Shown here in pieces: positions 21,479 to 29,652 of a DNA stretch of 29,652 nucleotides (the stretch's first letter is position 1; every line of letters begins with the position of its first letter). The stretch comes from Steroidobacteraceae bacterium (lineage in GTDB: Bacteria; Pseudomonadota; Gammaproteobacteria; Steroidobacterales; Steroidobacteraceae): assembly GCA_035702325.1 (NCBI GenBank), contig DASSQU010000189.1, positions 1-29,652 on the forward strand, given 5' to 3'. The notes beneath the pieces were generated by a model. That model saw nothing but the letters and a program-made list of their open reading frames with translations, was not told the origin of the DNA and made no database searches. The position numbers and the translations under genes were made by a program.

Positions 21479-21952
21479 ATGCATCCCGAGCTCGACCGGG
21501 GCGATCTGCGGATTCTCGATGCGGTGCAAGAGCACGGCGAGCTCTCCGCCGCCGACCTCGCCGAGCGGCTCGGCATGAGCGCCTCGACCTGCTGGCGGCG
21601 CATGGGCCGCCTCACCGAGCTCGGGGTGATCCGGCGGCGCGTGGCGCTGCTCGATCGCGAGAAGGTGGGCCTCAGCGTCATGGTGTTCTCGCACGTAAAG
21701 GTCGCGGGCCACGGGCGCGACGCGCTGCTGCGCTTCGAGCACGCGGTACGCGCGCACCCCGAGATCCTCGAGTGCTACACGCTCATGGGCGAGACCGACT
21801 TCCTGCTGCGCATCGTGTGCCGCGACATCAAGGCCTACGAGGCTTTCTTCCTCGATCACCTGTCGCGCTTCCCCGGCGTGCAGTCGGTCAACTCCTCGAT
21901 CGCGCTCGCGGTGATCAAGGAGACGACGGCGCTGCCTCTGCACCTCCCTTGA
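21479..21952 (+). CDS. Lrp/AsnC family transcriptional regulator
   Basis: LDRGDLRIL...LSAADLAERLGMSASTCWRRM HTH, LECYTLMGETDFLLRI and SSIAL. Confidence 0.95.
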   Translation: MHPELDRGDLRILDAVQEHGELSAADLAERLGMSASTCWRRMGRLTELGVIRRRVALLDREKVGLSVMVFSHVKVAGHGRDALLRFEHAVRAHPEILECYTLMGETDFLLRIVCRDIKAYEAFFLDHLSRFPGVQSVNSSIALAVIKETTALPLHLP

Positions 21953-22562
21953 GCACCAGCACGCAGCGGTGCGCGGCGAGTCCGGGGATGGCGAGCGTGC
22001 GCGAGCGCTCGACCCGCCAGGGCGCGGGCAGCTGCTCGAGTTCCCGCGCCGGCCAGCGGCCCTTCATGGCGAGCACCTGCCCGCCGCGCGCGCACAGGTG
22101 CCCGGCGCGCTCGAGCAGCAGCGGCAGCGGAGCGAACGCGCGCGCGATCACGGTGTCGAACGGTAGGGCGGGCCGGAACGTCTCGGCGCGCGCCTGCAGC
22201 GCCGTTACGTTGCTGAGTCCCAGCGTGCGCACGGCGTGCGCGACGAAGCGGATCTTCTTGCCGCTCGAGTCGATCAGGGTGAACTGGCGGGTCGGGTTGA
22301 CGAGCGCGAGCGGCAAGCCGGGGAAACCCGCGCCGGTGCCGACGTCGGCGATGCGCGCGCCGGCGAGGTCCGCCTGGATGGCGAGGCTGTCGAGCAGATG
22401 ACGGGTGACCATCTCGCCCGGTGCCGTGACGGCGGTGAGGTTGTAGCTGCGGTTCCAGTGCGCGAGCTCGGCGAGCAGCCTCATCAGGCGCATCGCGTCC
22501 TGCGCGCTGAGCTGCACCCCGAGAGAGGCGGCATCGCGCACCAGGCGCTCGATCGGGCTCAA
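21915..22562 (-). CDS. rsmG: 16S rRNA (guanine527-N7)-methyltransferase
   Basis: WNRSYNLTAV, RHLLDSL, DVGTGAGFPGLPLA and KKIRF; TTG start with SD AAGGAG. Confidence 0.96.
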   Translation of the reverse strand: MSPIERLVRDAASLGVQLSAQDAMRLMRLLAELAHWNRSYNLTAVTAPGEMVTRHLLDSLAIQADLAGARIADVGTGAGFPGLPLALVNPTRQFTLIDSSGKKIRFVAHAVRTLGLSNVTALQARAETFRPALPFDTVIARAFAPLPLLLERAGHLCARGGQVLAMKGRWPARELEQLPAPWRVERSRTLAIPGLAAHRCVLVLKGGAEAAPSSP

Positions 22563-22595
22563 ACGAGGCTCCTTGCGCGCTCCTGGGCGCGCATG

Positions 22596-22603
22596 ATCAT
22601 ACT
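22596..22603. promoter_or_regulatory. Overlapping divergent -10 candidates: TATGAT (- strand, rsmG) and CATACT (+ strand, response regulator)
   Basis: The only AT-rich patch in a 50-bp divergent gap; includes the palindrome ATGATCAT (22593-22600). Confidence 0.45.
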
Positions 22604-22612
22604 CATCGGACC

Positions 22613-23275
22613 GTGAGACTGCTGCTGGTAGAGGACGACCCGATGATCGGGGATGCCATCCGCGCCGGCCTCAAGCGCGACGGCTTCACCGTCGACTGGG
22701 TACGCAACGCCGCCGACGGGGCGCAGGTGCTGCGCACCGAGCCCTTCGAGCTGCTGCTGCTCGACCTGGGGCTGCCGGGCGAGGACGGGCTGTCGCTGCT
22801 CAAGGCGCTGCGGGAGCGGGGCTCGGGGCTGCCGGTGCTGATCATCACCGCGCGCGACGCGGTCGCGGACCGGGTGGCCGGGCTCGACGCCGGCGCCGAC
22901 GATTACCTCGTCAAGCCCTTCGATCTCGACGAGCTCGCCGCGCGCATCCGCGCGCTGCTGCGGCGCAAATCCGGACGTTCCGACCCGCGGCTCGAGCACC
23001 TCGGCGTGACGCTCGATCCGGCCGCGCACCGCGTCACGCGCGACGGCGAGGAGGTGGCCCTCTCGCCGCGCGAGTTCGCGCTGCTCGCGCTGCTGCTGGA
23101 GCGTCCGGGCGTCATCCTGTCGCGCGCCCAGATCGAGGAGCGCCTGTACGGCTGGGGCGAGGAGATCGAGAGCAACGCGGTCGAGGTGCACGTCCACGGC
23201 CTGCGCCGCAAGCTCGGCGCGCAGTTCATCCTCACCGTGCGCGGTGTCGGCTACCGCGTGAGGCCGGCTCGGTGA
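22613..23275 (+). CDS. OmpR-family response regulator (QseB/PmrA-like)
   Basis: LLVEDD, LLDLGLP (phospho-Asp), DDYLVKPF and winged helix NAVEVHVHGLRRK...TVRGVGY. Confidence 0.95.
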   Translation: MRLLLVEDDPMIGDAIRAGLKRDGFTVDWVRNAADGAQVLRTEPFELLLLDLGLPGEDGLSLLKALRERGSGLPVLIITARDAVADRVAGLDAGADDYLVKPFDLDELAARIRALLRRKSGRSDPRLEHLGVTLDPAAHRVTRDGEEVALSPREFALLALLLERPGVILSRAQIEERLYGWGEEIESNAVEVHVHGLRRKLGAQFILTVRGVGYRVRPAR

Positions 23276-24603
23276 GCTCGCTGCGGGCGCGGCTGCTGGC
23301 GTGGCTGCTCGGCGGCGTGGTGTTCGTCGGCGCCGCCGGCGGCTGGATCGTGTACCGCAACGCGCTCGCCGAGGCGGATGCCTTCTTCGACTACCACCTG
23401 CGCCAGACGGCGCTCATCCTGCGCGACCAGCCAGTCGAGTACCTGCTGCTGCCCCAGATCGTGCCGAACGACGCCGCCTACGATTTCGTGGTGCAGGTGT
23501 GGACGCTCGACGGCGTGCGGGTGTACCTGTCGCGGCCGCACACGGCGCTGCCGCAGGTGACCACGCTCGGCTTCTCGACCGTGACCACCCCGGAGGGCCG
23601 CTGGCGCGTCTACGGCGTGCAGGCGCTCACCAAGGTGATCCAGGTGGCGCAGCCGATGAGCGTGCGCGAGCAGCGTGCGGTGGAGCTCGCGCTGCGCACG
23701 CTCGAGCCTTTCGCGCTGCTGCTGCCGGTGCTTGCCGCCCTCATCTGGTTCGCGGTCGGCCACGCGCTCGCCCCGCTGCAGGGACTCGCCGCGGCGCTCA
23801 AGGCGCGCCGGGTGAACGCCCTCGAGCCGCTCCCCGATGAGCATCTCCCGGACGAAGTGCAGCCGCTGGTTGCGGCCCTCAACGGCCTGCTGGCCCGCCT
23901 CGCCGCGGCCCTCGGGCGCGAGCGTGCCTTCATGGCCGATGCGGCGCACGAGCTGCGCACCCCGCTCACCGCGCTGCACCTGCAGATGGCCATGCTCGCG
24001 CGCGCCAGCAGCGAGTCCGAGCGCGGCGCGGCCATGGAGCGGCTCTCCCAGGGCGTGCAGCGCGCCATTCGCCTGGTCGAGCAGCTGCTGGCGCTCGCGC
24101 GCCAGGGGCCGCGCACCGCGCCCCGACGCGAGAGGGTGGCGCTCGAGCCGCTCGCGCGCGAGGTCATCACCGAGCTGCTGCCGCTCGCGGATGCGCGCCG
24201 CATCGACCTCGGCCTCGGCGCCAGCCGGCCGCTCACCGTGTCGGCAGATCCGGAGGCGCTGCGCACGCTGCTGCGCAACCTGGTGGACAACGCGGTGCGC
24301 TACAGCGGGGACGGCGGCCGGGTGGACGTTGCGCTCGAGGTGCAGTCGCAGCCCGGCGGCGAGCCGCGCCCGCAGCTCATCGTGAGCGACACCGGGCCGG
24401 GCATCCCGCCCGAGGAGCGCGCGCGGGTGTTCGACCGCTTCTACCGCCGTGCCGGCACCACTCCCCCGGGGAGCGGGCTCGGGCTCGCCATCGTGAAAGC
24501 GATCGCCGATGCACACGGCGCCACCGTGACGCTCGATGCGGGAGCGGACGGTCGCGGGCTGCGCGTCTGCGTGACGTTCCCGGCCCCGGCGCCGGGGGAC
24601 TAG
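23272..24603 (+). CDS. Sensor histidine kinase (QseC/PmrB-like)
   Basis: Two TM segments, H-box DAAHELRTPL, N-box NLVDNAVRY, DTGPGI, FDRFY and GSGLGLAIV; GTGA overlap with the regulator. Confidence 0.95.
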   Translation: MSSLRARLLAWLLGGVVFVGAAGGWIVYRNALAEADAFFDYHLRQTALILRDQPVEYLLLPQIVPNDAAYDFVVQVWTLDGVRVYLSRPHTALPQVTTLGFSTVTTPEGRWRVYGVQALTKVIQVAQPMSVREQRAVELALRTLEPFALLLPVLAALIWFAVGHALAPLQGLAAALKARRVNALEPLPDEHLPDEVQPLVAALNGLLARLAAALGRERAFMADAAHELRTPLTALHLQMAMLARASSESERGAAMERLSQGVQRAIRLVEQLLALARQGPRTAPRRERVALEPLAREVITELLPLADARRIDLGLGASRPLTVSADPEALRTLLRNLVDNAVRYSGDGGRVDVALEVQSQPGGEPRPQLIVSDTGPGIPPEERARVFDRFYRRAGTTPPGSGLGLAIVKAIADAHGATVTLDAGADGRGLRVCVTFPAPAPGD

Positions 24604-26573
24604 CGGGCGAGCCGGGCGAGGAAGCTCGCCGCCGTCTCGAGGTAGGCGTCGCGATTCGCCTTCTTGCGGAAGCCGTGACCTTCGTCCCTGGCCACGAGAT
24701 ACCACACATCCCCGCCTCCGGAGCGCACCCGCCACACCAGCTGCTCGGATTCGGAGGCCGGCACGCGCGGGTCGTTCAGACCCTCGACCACGAGCAGCGG
24801 CTTCCTGATGCGGCTCGCATTGCTGAGCGGCGAGATGCGCTCGAGGAACTCGCGCATCTTCGGGTCGCGCTCGTCGCCGTACTCGGCACGGCGCAGGTCG
24901 CGCCGGTAGGCGGACGTGTTGCGCAGGAAAGTGACGAAGTTGCTGATGCCGACGACGTCGATGCCGCCGCTCAGTCGGTCACCGTAGGCGATGAGCGCGG
25001 CGAGTGCCATGTAGCCGCCGTAGGAGGTGCCCATCACCGCCACCCGGTTGCGGTCGAACGCCGGCTGCGCGCCGATCCACACCAGCAGCGAGCCGATGTC
25101 GCGCACCGCGTCCTCGCGCAGCAGCCCGTTGTCGAGCGCGAGGAAGCTGCGGCCGTAGCCGGACGAGCCGCGCACGTTCGGGGCGATCACCGCGTAGCCG
25201 AGCTCGTTCACCAGGAACTGCACGAACGGGTCCCAGCGGGGCCGGTACTGCGATTCGGGCCCCCCGTGGATGCTGATGAGCACCGGGCTCGGGCCCGGTG
25301 AGCGCGGCCGGTAGAGGTACGCCGACAGCATGCGTTGATGTCCGGCGACCCGGTCCCAGGTCGGATAGTGGATGAGCTCCGGCGCGGCGAAGGTGCGCGG
25401 GTCGAGCGGGCCCGCCTCGCTCCGGGTCCAGCGCTCAAGCCGCTCGGACTTCGGGTCGTAGACGTAGACGTCGGCCGGGGACTGCGGCGATTCGGCGTTG
25501 AAGGCGAGGCGTCCGTTCTGGTCGAAGCGCAGCCGCGAAATCACCCCTTCGGGGAGCCCGGCGGGCGAGACCTCGCTGCGGGCGGTGACGTCCGCGACGG
25601 TGAGGTGGTCGCGTCCGTCCTCGTTCAGCACGTAGGCAAGGTAGCGACCGTCGGGGCTCACGTCGAAGTCCTCGGCGTCGAAGCTCACCTGCGGAGTGGC
25701 GCGGCGGGTGTGGTGCGTCAGCGGGTCCTCGAGCAGAAGCTGCAGGAACTCGCCCCCCTCGTCCGAGAGCACGTACACGCCGCGCCCGTCGGGCGCGAAC
25801 CGGGCGGCGCGGATTCCCACGTGGCGACCGCTGGTGTCGAGCGGCGTGAGCGTGCCGGTCGCGAGGTCGGCGATGTAGAGGTAGCTCTCGCTCACCGACA
25901 GGTAGCGCCACACCAGCAGCCGCGCGTCGTCCGGCGACCAGTCGAGCGGGTACCAGGTGTCCTGCTTGCCCCCGACCACGAGCCGCGGTGCGGTCCCCGC
26001 GGTGACGTCGGCGACGTACACGTCGTAGCTCACCCCGTCGCGGTCGTTGCCGTAGAAGGCCACGTGCTGCCCGTCGTGCGCCCACACCGGGTTGCCGTGG
26101 ATGAAGTTCCCGTGGGTGATCTCGTGTACGGCGCCGTCGGGAGCCCGGTAGTACAGCTGCGCGTTCTCGTCGCCGCCCCGGTCCTCGAGGAACACGAAGC
26201 CGCCCCCGCTCGGCGCGGCACGCGCCACGCCGATCGGCTCGCTGTAGAAGGTGAGCTGCTCGCGCATCCCGAGGGGGGAGGCCACACGGTGCACCTGCCC
26301 GGTGCTGGCGAAGCGCGTGCCGATCAGCATGGCGCCGTCCGGCAGCCAGTCGAGGAAGGTCGCCTGCCGCGAGTGGCGGTAGCGGTCGAGCCGTGCGACG
26401 AGCGAGGCATCGGGCACGGGAATGTTGTCGAACACCAGGTTGTCGCGCTCGCGATGCGGCAGGGCGGCCGCGCCCGGCTGCTGCGCCGGCGTGGTTCCGC
26501 CGCACAGGGCGGCGAGCGCGAGCGCGGCGTACCCGGCGAGCGCCCGGGAGAGTGGCGGTTTCGGGTCGGTCAT
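24600..26573 (-). CDS. S9 family prolyl oligopeptidase-like serine peptidase with N-terminal beta-propeller, probably exported
   Basis: HGGP, PNVRGSSGYG, nucleophile GTSYGG, Asp in GLNDPRV and His in DEGHGF; WSPD/VSPDG propeller repeats; hydrophobic N-terminus. Confidence 0.95.
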   Translation of the reverse strand: MTDPKPPLSRALAGYAALALAALCGGTTPAQQPGAAALPHRERDNLVFDNIPVPDASLVARLDRYRHSRQATFLDWLPDGAMLIGTRFASTGQVHRVASPLGMREQLTFYSEPIGVARAAPSGGGFVFLEDRGGDENAQLYYRAPDGAVHEITHGNFIHGNPVWAHDGQHVAFYGNDRDGVSYDVYVADVTAGTAPRLVVGGKQDTWYPLDWSPDDARLLVWRYLSVSESYLYIADLATGTLTPLDTSGRHVGIRAARFAPDGRGVYVLSDEGGEFLQLLLEDPLTHHTRRATPQVSFDAEDFDVSPDGRYLAYVLNEDGRDHLTVADVTARSEVSPAGLPEGVISRLRFDQNGRLAFNAESPQSPADVYVYDPKSERLERWTRSEAGPLDPRTFAAPELIHYPTWDRVAGHQRMLSAYLYRPRSPGPSPVLISIHGGPESQYRPRWDPFVQFLVNELGYAVIAPNVRGSSGYGRSFLALDNGLLREDAVRDIGSLLVWIGAQPAFDRNRVAVMGTSYGGYMALAALIAYGDRLSGGIDVVGISNFVTFLRNTSAYRRDLRRAEYGDERDPKMREFLERISPLSNASRIRKPLLVVEGLNDPRVPASESEQLVWRVRSGGGDVWYLVARDEGHGFRKKANRDAYLETAASFLARLAR

Positions 26574-26635
26574 GTGGCTTAAGCTAGCTTACGGGTTACG
26601 ATGTGTATACGAGCCGCTGCTCACTGCGACGACCT

Positions 26636-27640
26636 GTGCCAAACGTTCCCGTCCGGCCGACGCTCTATCGCCATCCGCACGGCATCACCGCGGTCGACGC
26701 CGAGTACCTCTACCCCGGCCACGCCGCTGCACACCTGATCGTCGATTCCGGTCGGGCGGCCTTCGTCGACGTGGGCGCCAATTCCTCGGTGCCGTACCTG
26801 CTCGCGGCGCTCGATGAGCTCGGCATCGCGCGCCAGGCGGTCGAGTACCTGTTCCTCACCCACGTGCACCTCGATCACGCCGGCGGTGCGGGGCTGCTGC
26901 TGCGGGAGCTGCCGCGCGCCCGCGCGGTGCTGCATCCGCGCGGCGCGCCGCACATGATCGATCCGGCGAAGCTGATCGCGGGCTCGAAGCTGGTGTACGG
27001 CGAGGCGCGCTTCGCGCGGCTCTACGGCGAGCTGCTGCCGATTCCCGCCGAGCGCGTGCGCGTGGTCGCGGACGGCGAGCGCATCGCCCTCGGCGGCCGT
27101 ACGCTCGAGTTCATCCACGTGCCCGGCCATGCGCTGCACCACTACGCGGTGGTCGATGCCGCACACGGCAGCATATTCGCCGGCGACACCTTCGGCATCT
27201 CCTACCGCGCGCTCGACACGGCGCAGGGTGCCTTCATCACCCCCTCCACCGTGCCCTCGCAGTTCGACCCCGAGCAGCACCTCGCCTCCGTCGACCGCAT
27301 GCTCGCCTACCGGCCGGAGTCGATGTACCTCATGCACTTCAGCCGCGTGACCGGCGTACCGCGCCTCGGCGAGCTCCTCAAGATGCAGATCCGCGAGCTG
27401 GCCGCCATGGCCCGCCGCCACGAGATGGAGGCCGATCCGGCGCGCTCCATCCGCGCCGCGATGCTCGCCCGGTGGCTCGAGCTCGCGCGCCGTCACGGCT
27501 GCACCCGGAGCGATGCCGAGATCGAGCAGGCGCTCGCCGGGGACCTGGCGCTCAACACCCAGGGCCTGATCGCCTGGCTCGGGCGCGGCGCCGGCCCGCT
27601 GCGCCCGCCCGAGGCCGCCCGCGCGCCGAGGTACTCATGA
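26636..27640 (+). CDS. MBL-fold metallo-hydrolase (start GTG 26636 or 26603)
   Basis: THVHLDHAGG (HxHxDH), PGHALHH, AGD and HF. Confidence 0.92.
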   Translation: MPNVPVRPTLYRHPHGITAVDAEYLYPGHAAAHLIVDSGRAAFVDVGANSSVPYLLAALDELGIARQAVEYLFLTHVHLDHAGGAGLLLRELPRARAVLHPRGAPHMIDPAKLIAGSKLVYGEARFARLYGELLPIPAERVRVVADGERIALGGRTLEFIHVPGHALHHYAVVDAAHGSIFAGDTFGISYRALDTAQGAFITPSTVPSQFDPEQHLASVDRMLAYRPESMYLMHFSRVTGVPRLGELLKMQIRELAAMARRHEMEADPARSIRAAMLARWLELARRHGCTRSDAEIEQALAGDLALNTQGLIAWLGRGAGPLRPPEAARAPRYS

Positions 27641-28626
27641 CACCCTTCACCGCATTCCGCATCCACTCCGACGGCGGGCGCATCGCCGCGCGCTTCGAGC
27701 CGCTCACCCTCGATGACCTCGCCGCCGGCGAGGTCGTGATCCGCGTCGCTTACTCCGGCATCAACTACAAGGACGCGCTCGCCGCGACCGGCGCCGGCCG
27801 GATCCTGCGCCGCTACCCGCTGGTCGGCGGCATCGATCTCGCCGGGGTGGTCGAATCCTCGGCCGACCCGCGCTACCGCGCGGGCGATGCGGTGCTGGTG
27901 ACCGGCTGCGGACTCTCCGAGACGCACGACGGCGGCTACTCCGAAGTCGCCCGTGTTCCCGGCGACTGGGTGATTCCGCTGCCTCCCGGCCTCGATCCCC
28001 TCAGCGCCATGTCGCTCGGCACCGCGGGCTTCACCGCCGCGCTCGCCATCCATCGCATGGAGCGCAACGGGCAGACGCCCGCGCGGGGACCGGTGGTGGT
28101 CACCGGGGCCTCGGGCGGGGTCGGCAGCATCGCCATCGACATGCTCGCCGCACGCGGCTACCCGGTGATCGCGGTGAGTGGCAAGGCGGCCGCCGTGGAT
28201 TACCTCCAGCAGCTCGGCGCGGCGCAGGTACTGATGCGCGGCGAACTCGAGCTCGGCTCGAAGCCCCTCGAGACCGCGCGCTTTGCCGGCGCGATCGACA
28301 ACGTGGGCGGGGAGATCCTCGCGTGGCTGACGCGCAGCGTCGATTTCTGGGGCAACATCGCCAGCATCGGCCTCACCGGCGGCGCCGAGCTCAAGACCAC
28401 CGTAATGCCGTTCATCCTGCGCGGCGTGAGTCTCATCGGCATCAACTCCGCGGCCACCCCGCGCGAGTGGCGCCTCGAGGTGTGGCAGCGCATCGCCTCC
28501 GACCTGCGGCCCCGCCACCTCGCCCGCATCGTGACCCGCACCATCTCCTTCGCCGAGCTCCCCGGCGCCTTCCCCGAGTACCTCGCGGGCCGGGTCACCG
28601 GCCGCACCGTGGTGCGTATCGCTTAA
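27637..28626 (+). CDS. acuI: YhdH/AcuI family MDR oxidoreductase (putative acryloyl-CoA reductase)
   Basis: YSGINYKDAL, GTAGFTAAL, VTGASGGVGS, PFILRGVSLIGINS and GRTVV; ATGA overlap with the MBL gene. Confidence 0.85.
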   Translation: MTPFTAFRIHSDGGRIAARFEPLTLDDLAAGEVVIRVAYSGINYKDALAATGAGRILRRYPLVGGIDLAGVVESSADPRYRAGDAVLVTGCGLSETHDGGYSEVARVPGDWVIPLPPGLDPLSAMSLGTAGFTAALAIHRMERNGQTPARGPVVVTGASGGVGSIAIDMLAARGYPVIAVSGKAAAVDYLQQLGAAQVLMRGELELGSKPLETARFAGAIDNVGGEILAWLTRSVDFWGNIASIGLTGGAELKTTVMPFILRGVSLIGINSAATPREWRLEVWQRIASDLRPRHLARIVTRTISFAELPGAFPEYLAGRVTGRTVVRIA

Positions 28627-28629
28627 ACT
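28624..28629 (+). promoter_or_regulatory. -10 box TAAACT overlapping the acuI stop, 6 nt upstream of the prpB ATG, leaderless-type
   Basis: TAAACT-GTGCCC-ATG; no SD. Confidence 0.5.
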
Positions 28630-28635
28630 GTGCCC

Positions 28636-29517
28636 ATGTCGGAACGAGCAGTCACGTCCGGCGCGCGCCTGCGGGCCGCCGTGGAGGCGGAGCATCCCCT
28701 GCAGGTCGTGGGCGCGTTCAACGCATACTCCGCGCTGCTCGCGCGCGATGCCGGTTTTCGCGCCATCTACCTCTCCGGAGCCGGGGTTGCCAACGCCTCC
28801 TTCGGCCTGCCGGACCTGGGGATCACCTCCCTCAACGACGTGTGCGAGGACGTGCGGCGCATCACCGCGTCGTGCGAGCTGCCGCTGCTGGTCGATGCCG
28901 ACACCGGATTCGGCCAGGCCTTCAACATCGCCCGCACCACGCGCGAGCTGATCCGCGCGGGGGCGGCCGGCATGCACCTCGAGGACCAGGTGTCCGCCAA
29001 GCGCTGCGGCCACCGTCCGGGCAAGGCGCTGGTGCCCCCCGCCGAGATGGTCGATCGCATCAAGGCGGCGCTCGACGCGCGCAGCGACCCGGATTTCGTG
29101 GTCATGGCGCGCACCGACGCCCACGCGGTCGAGGGCCAGGCGGCGGCGCTCGAGCGCGCCGCGGCCTACGTGGCCGCCGGTGCCGACATGATTTTCGCCG
29201 AGGCGCTCGGGACGCTGCAGGAGTACCGCGAGTTCGCGGGACGTACCGGTGTGCCGGTGCTAGCCAACCTCACCGAGTTCGGCCAGACGCCGCTGTTCAC
29301 GCTCACCGAGCTGCAGGCCGCAGGGGTGCGGCTGGTGCTCTACCCGCTGTCGGCGTTCCGCGCCGCCGCCCGGGCGGCAGCCACCGTGTACGGCGCCATC
29401 CGGCGCGAGGGCACGCAAAAGAGCGTGGTGGAGCTCATGCAGACGCGCGCCGAGCTCTATCGGGTCCTCGGTTACCACGAGTACGAGCGCAAGCTCGATG
29501 AGCTGTTCGGAAGGTGA
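28636..29517 (+). CDS. prpB: Methylisocitrate lyase
   Basis: [27 protein letters not shown]...[14 protein letters not shown] and ANLTEFG; followed by prpC. Confidence 0.96.
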   Translation: MSERAVTSGARLRAAVEAEHPLQVVGAFNAYSALLARDAGFRAIYLSGAGVANASFGLPDLGITSLNDVCEDVRRITASCELPLLVDADTGFGQAFNIARTTRELIRAGAAGMHLEDQVSAKRCGHRPGKALVPPAEMVDRIKAALDARSDPDFVVMARTDAHAVEGQAAALERAAAYVAAGADMIFAEALGTLQEYREFAGRTGVPVLANLTEFGQTPLFTLTELQAAGVRLVLYPLSAFRAAARAAATVYGAIRREGTQKSVVELMQTRAELYRVLGYHEYERKLDELFGR

Positions 29518-29521
29518 GTCC

Positions 29522-29652
29522 ATGAGCTCGCCGGACGCCCCGAAGCCGAAGAAATCGGTGCAGCTCTCCGGAGTGCTCGCCGGCAACACGGCGCTGTGCA
29601 CCGTCGGCCGCACCGGCAACGACCTGCACTACCGCGGCTACGACATCCTCGA
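29522..29652 (+). CDS. prpC: 2-methylcitrate synthase, N-terminal fragment (runs off the window)
   Basis: KPKKSVQLSGVLAGNTALCTVGRTGNDLHYRGYDIL; SD GGAAGG; follows prpB. Confidence 0.92.
   Translation, partial: MSSPDAPKPKKSVQLSGVLAGNTALCTVGRTGNDLHYRGYDIL

Noticed and set aside
18354-22612. parS palindrome, DnaA boxes or oriC near parAB/rsmG
   Set aside because: No TGTTTCACGTGAAACA-like 16-mer or cluster of TTATCCACA boxes was seen by eye, and the AT-rich patches are short and explained as promoters.

Overview
A GC-rich (about 70% by eye) bacterial chromosome segment. Gene order and protein sequences fit a Gammaproteobacterium, possibly Steroidobacteraceae-like; this is inference, not a database result. 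The core is the conserved block rsmG-parA-parB-atpIBEFHAGDC-glmU-glmS on the - strand, modified by three changes: an amino-acid dehydrogenase with a divergent Lrp regulator between rsmG and parA, a membrane C13-family peptidase between atpC and glmU, and an OmpR-family two-component pair in place of mnmG upstream of rsmG. The left flank carries an APC permease fragment, a SAM methyltransferase, a YXWGXW lipoprotein, a YbhB/PEBP protein, rimO, an orphan lipoprotein and SulP. The right flank carries an S9 peptidase, an MBL hydrolase, acuI, prpB and the start of prpC. No rRNA, tRNA, CRISPR array, transposase or integrase was seen. The two strongest unexplained signals are: (1) a roughly 1.35 kb tract of atypical codon usage covering the membrane-embedded Fo parts (a, c and the TM helix of b), with unusual proton-channel residues, suggesting in-place replacement of the Fo module; (2) seven gene starts lacking a clear Shine-Dalgarno sequence that carry a TAnnnT -10 box 6-8 nt upstream of the start codon, suggesting pervasive leaderless mRNAs. 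Many long ORFs in the supplied track are GC-driven shadow frames. All counts were done by hand.
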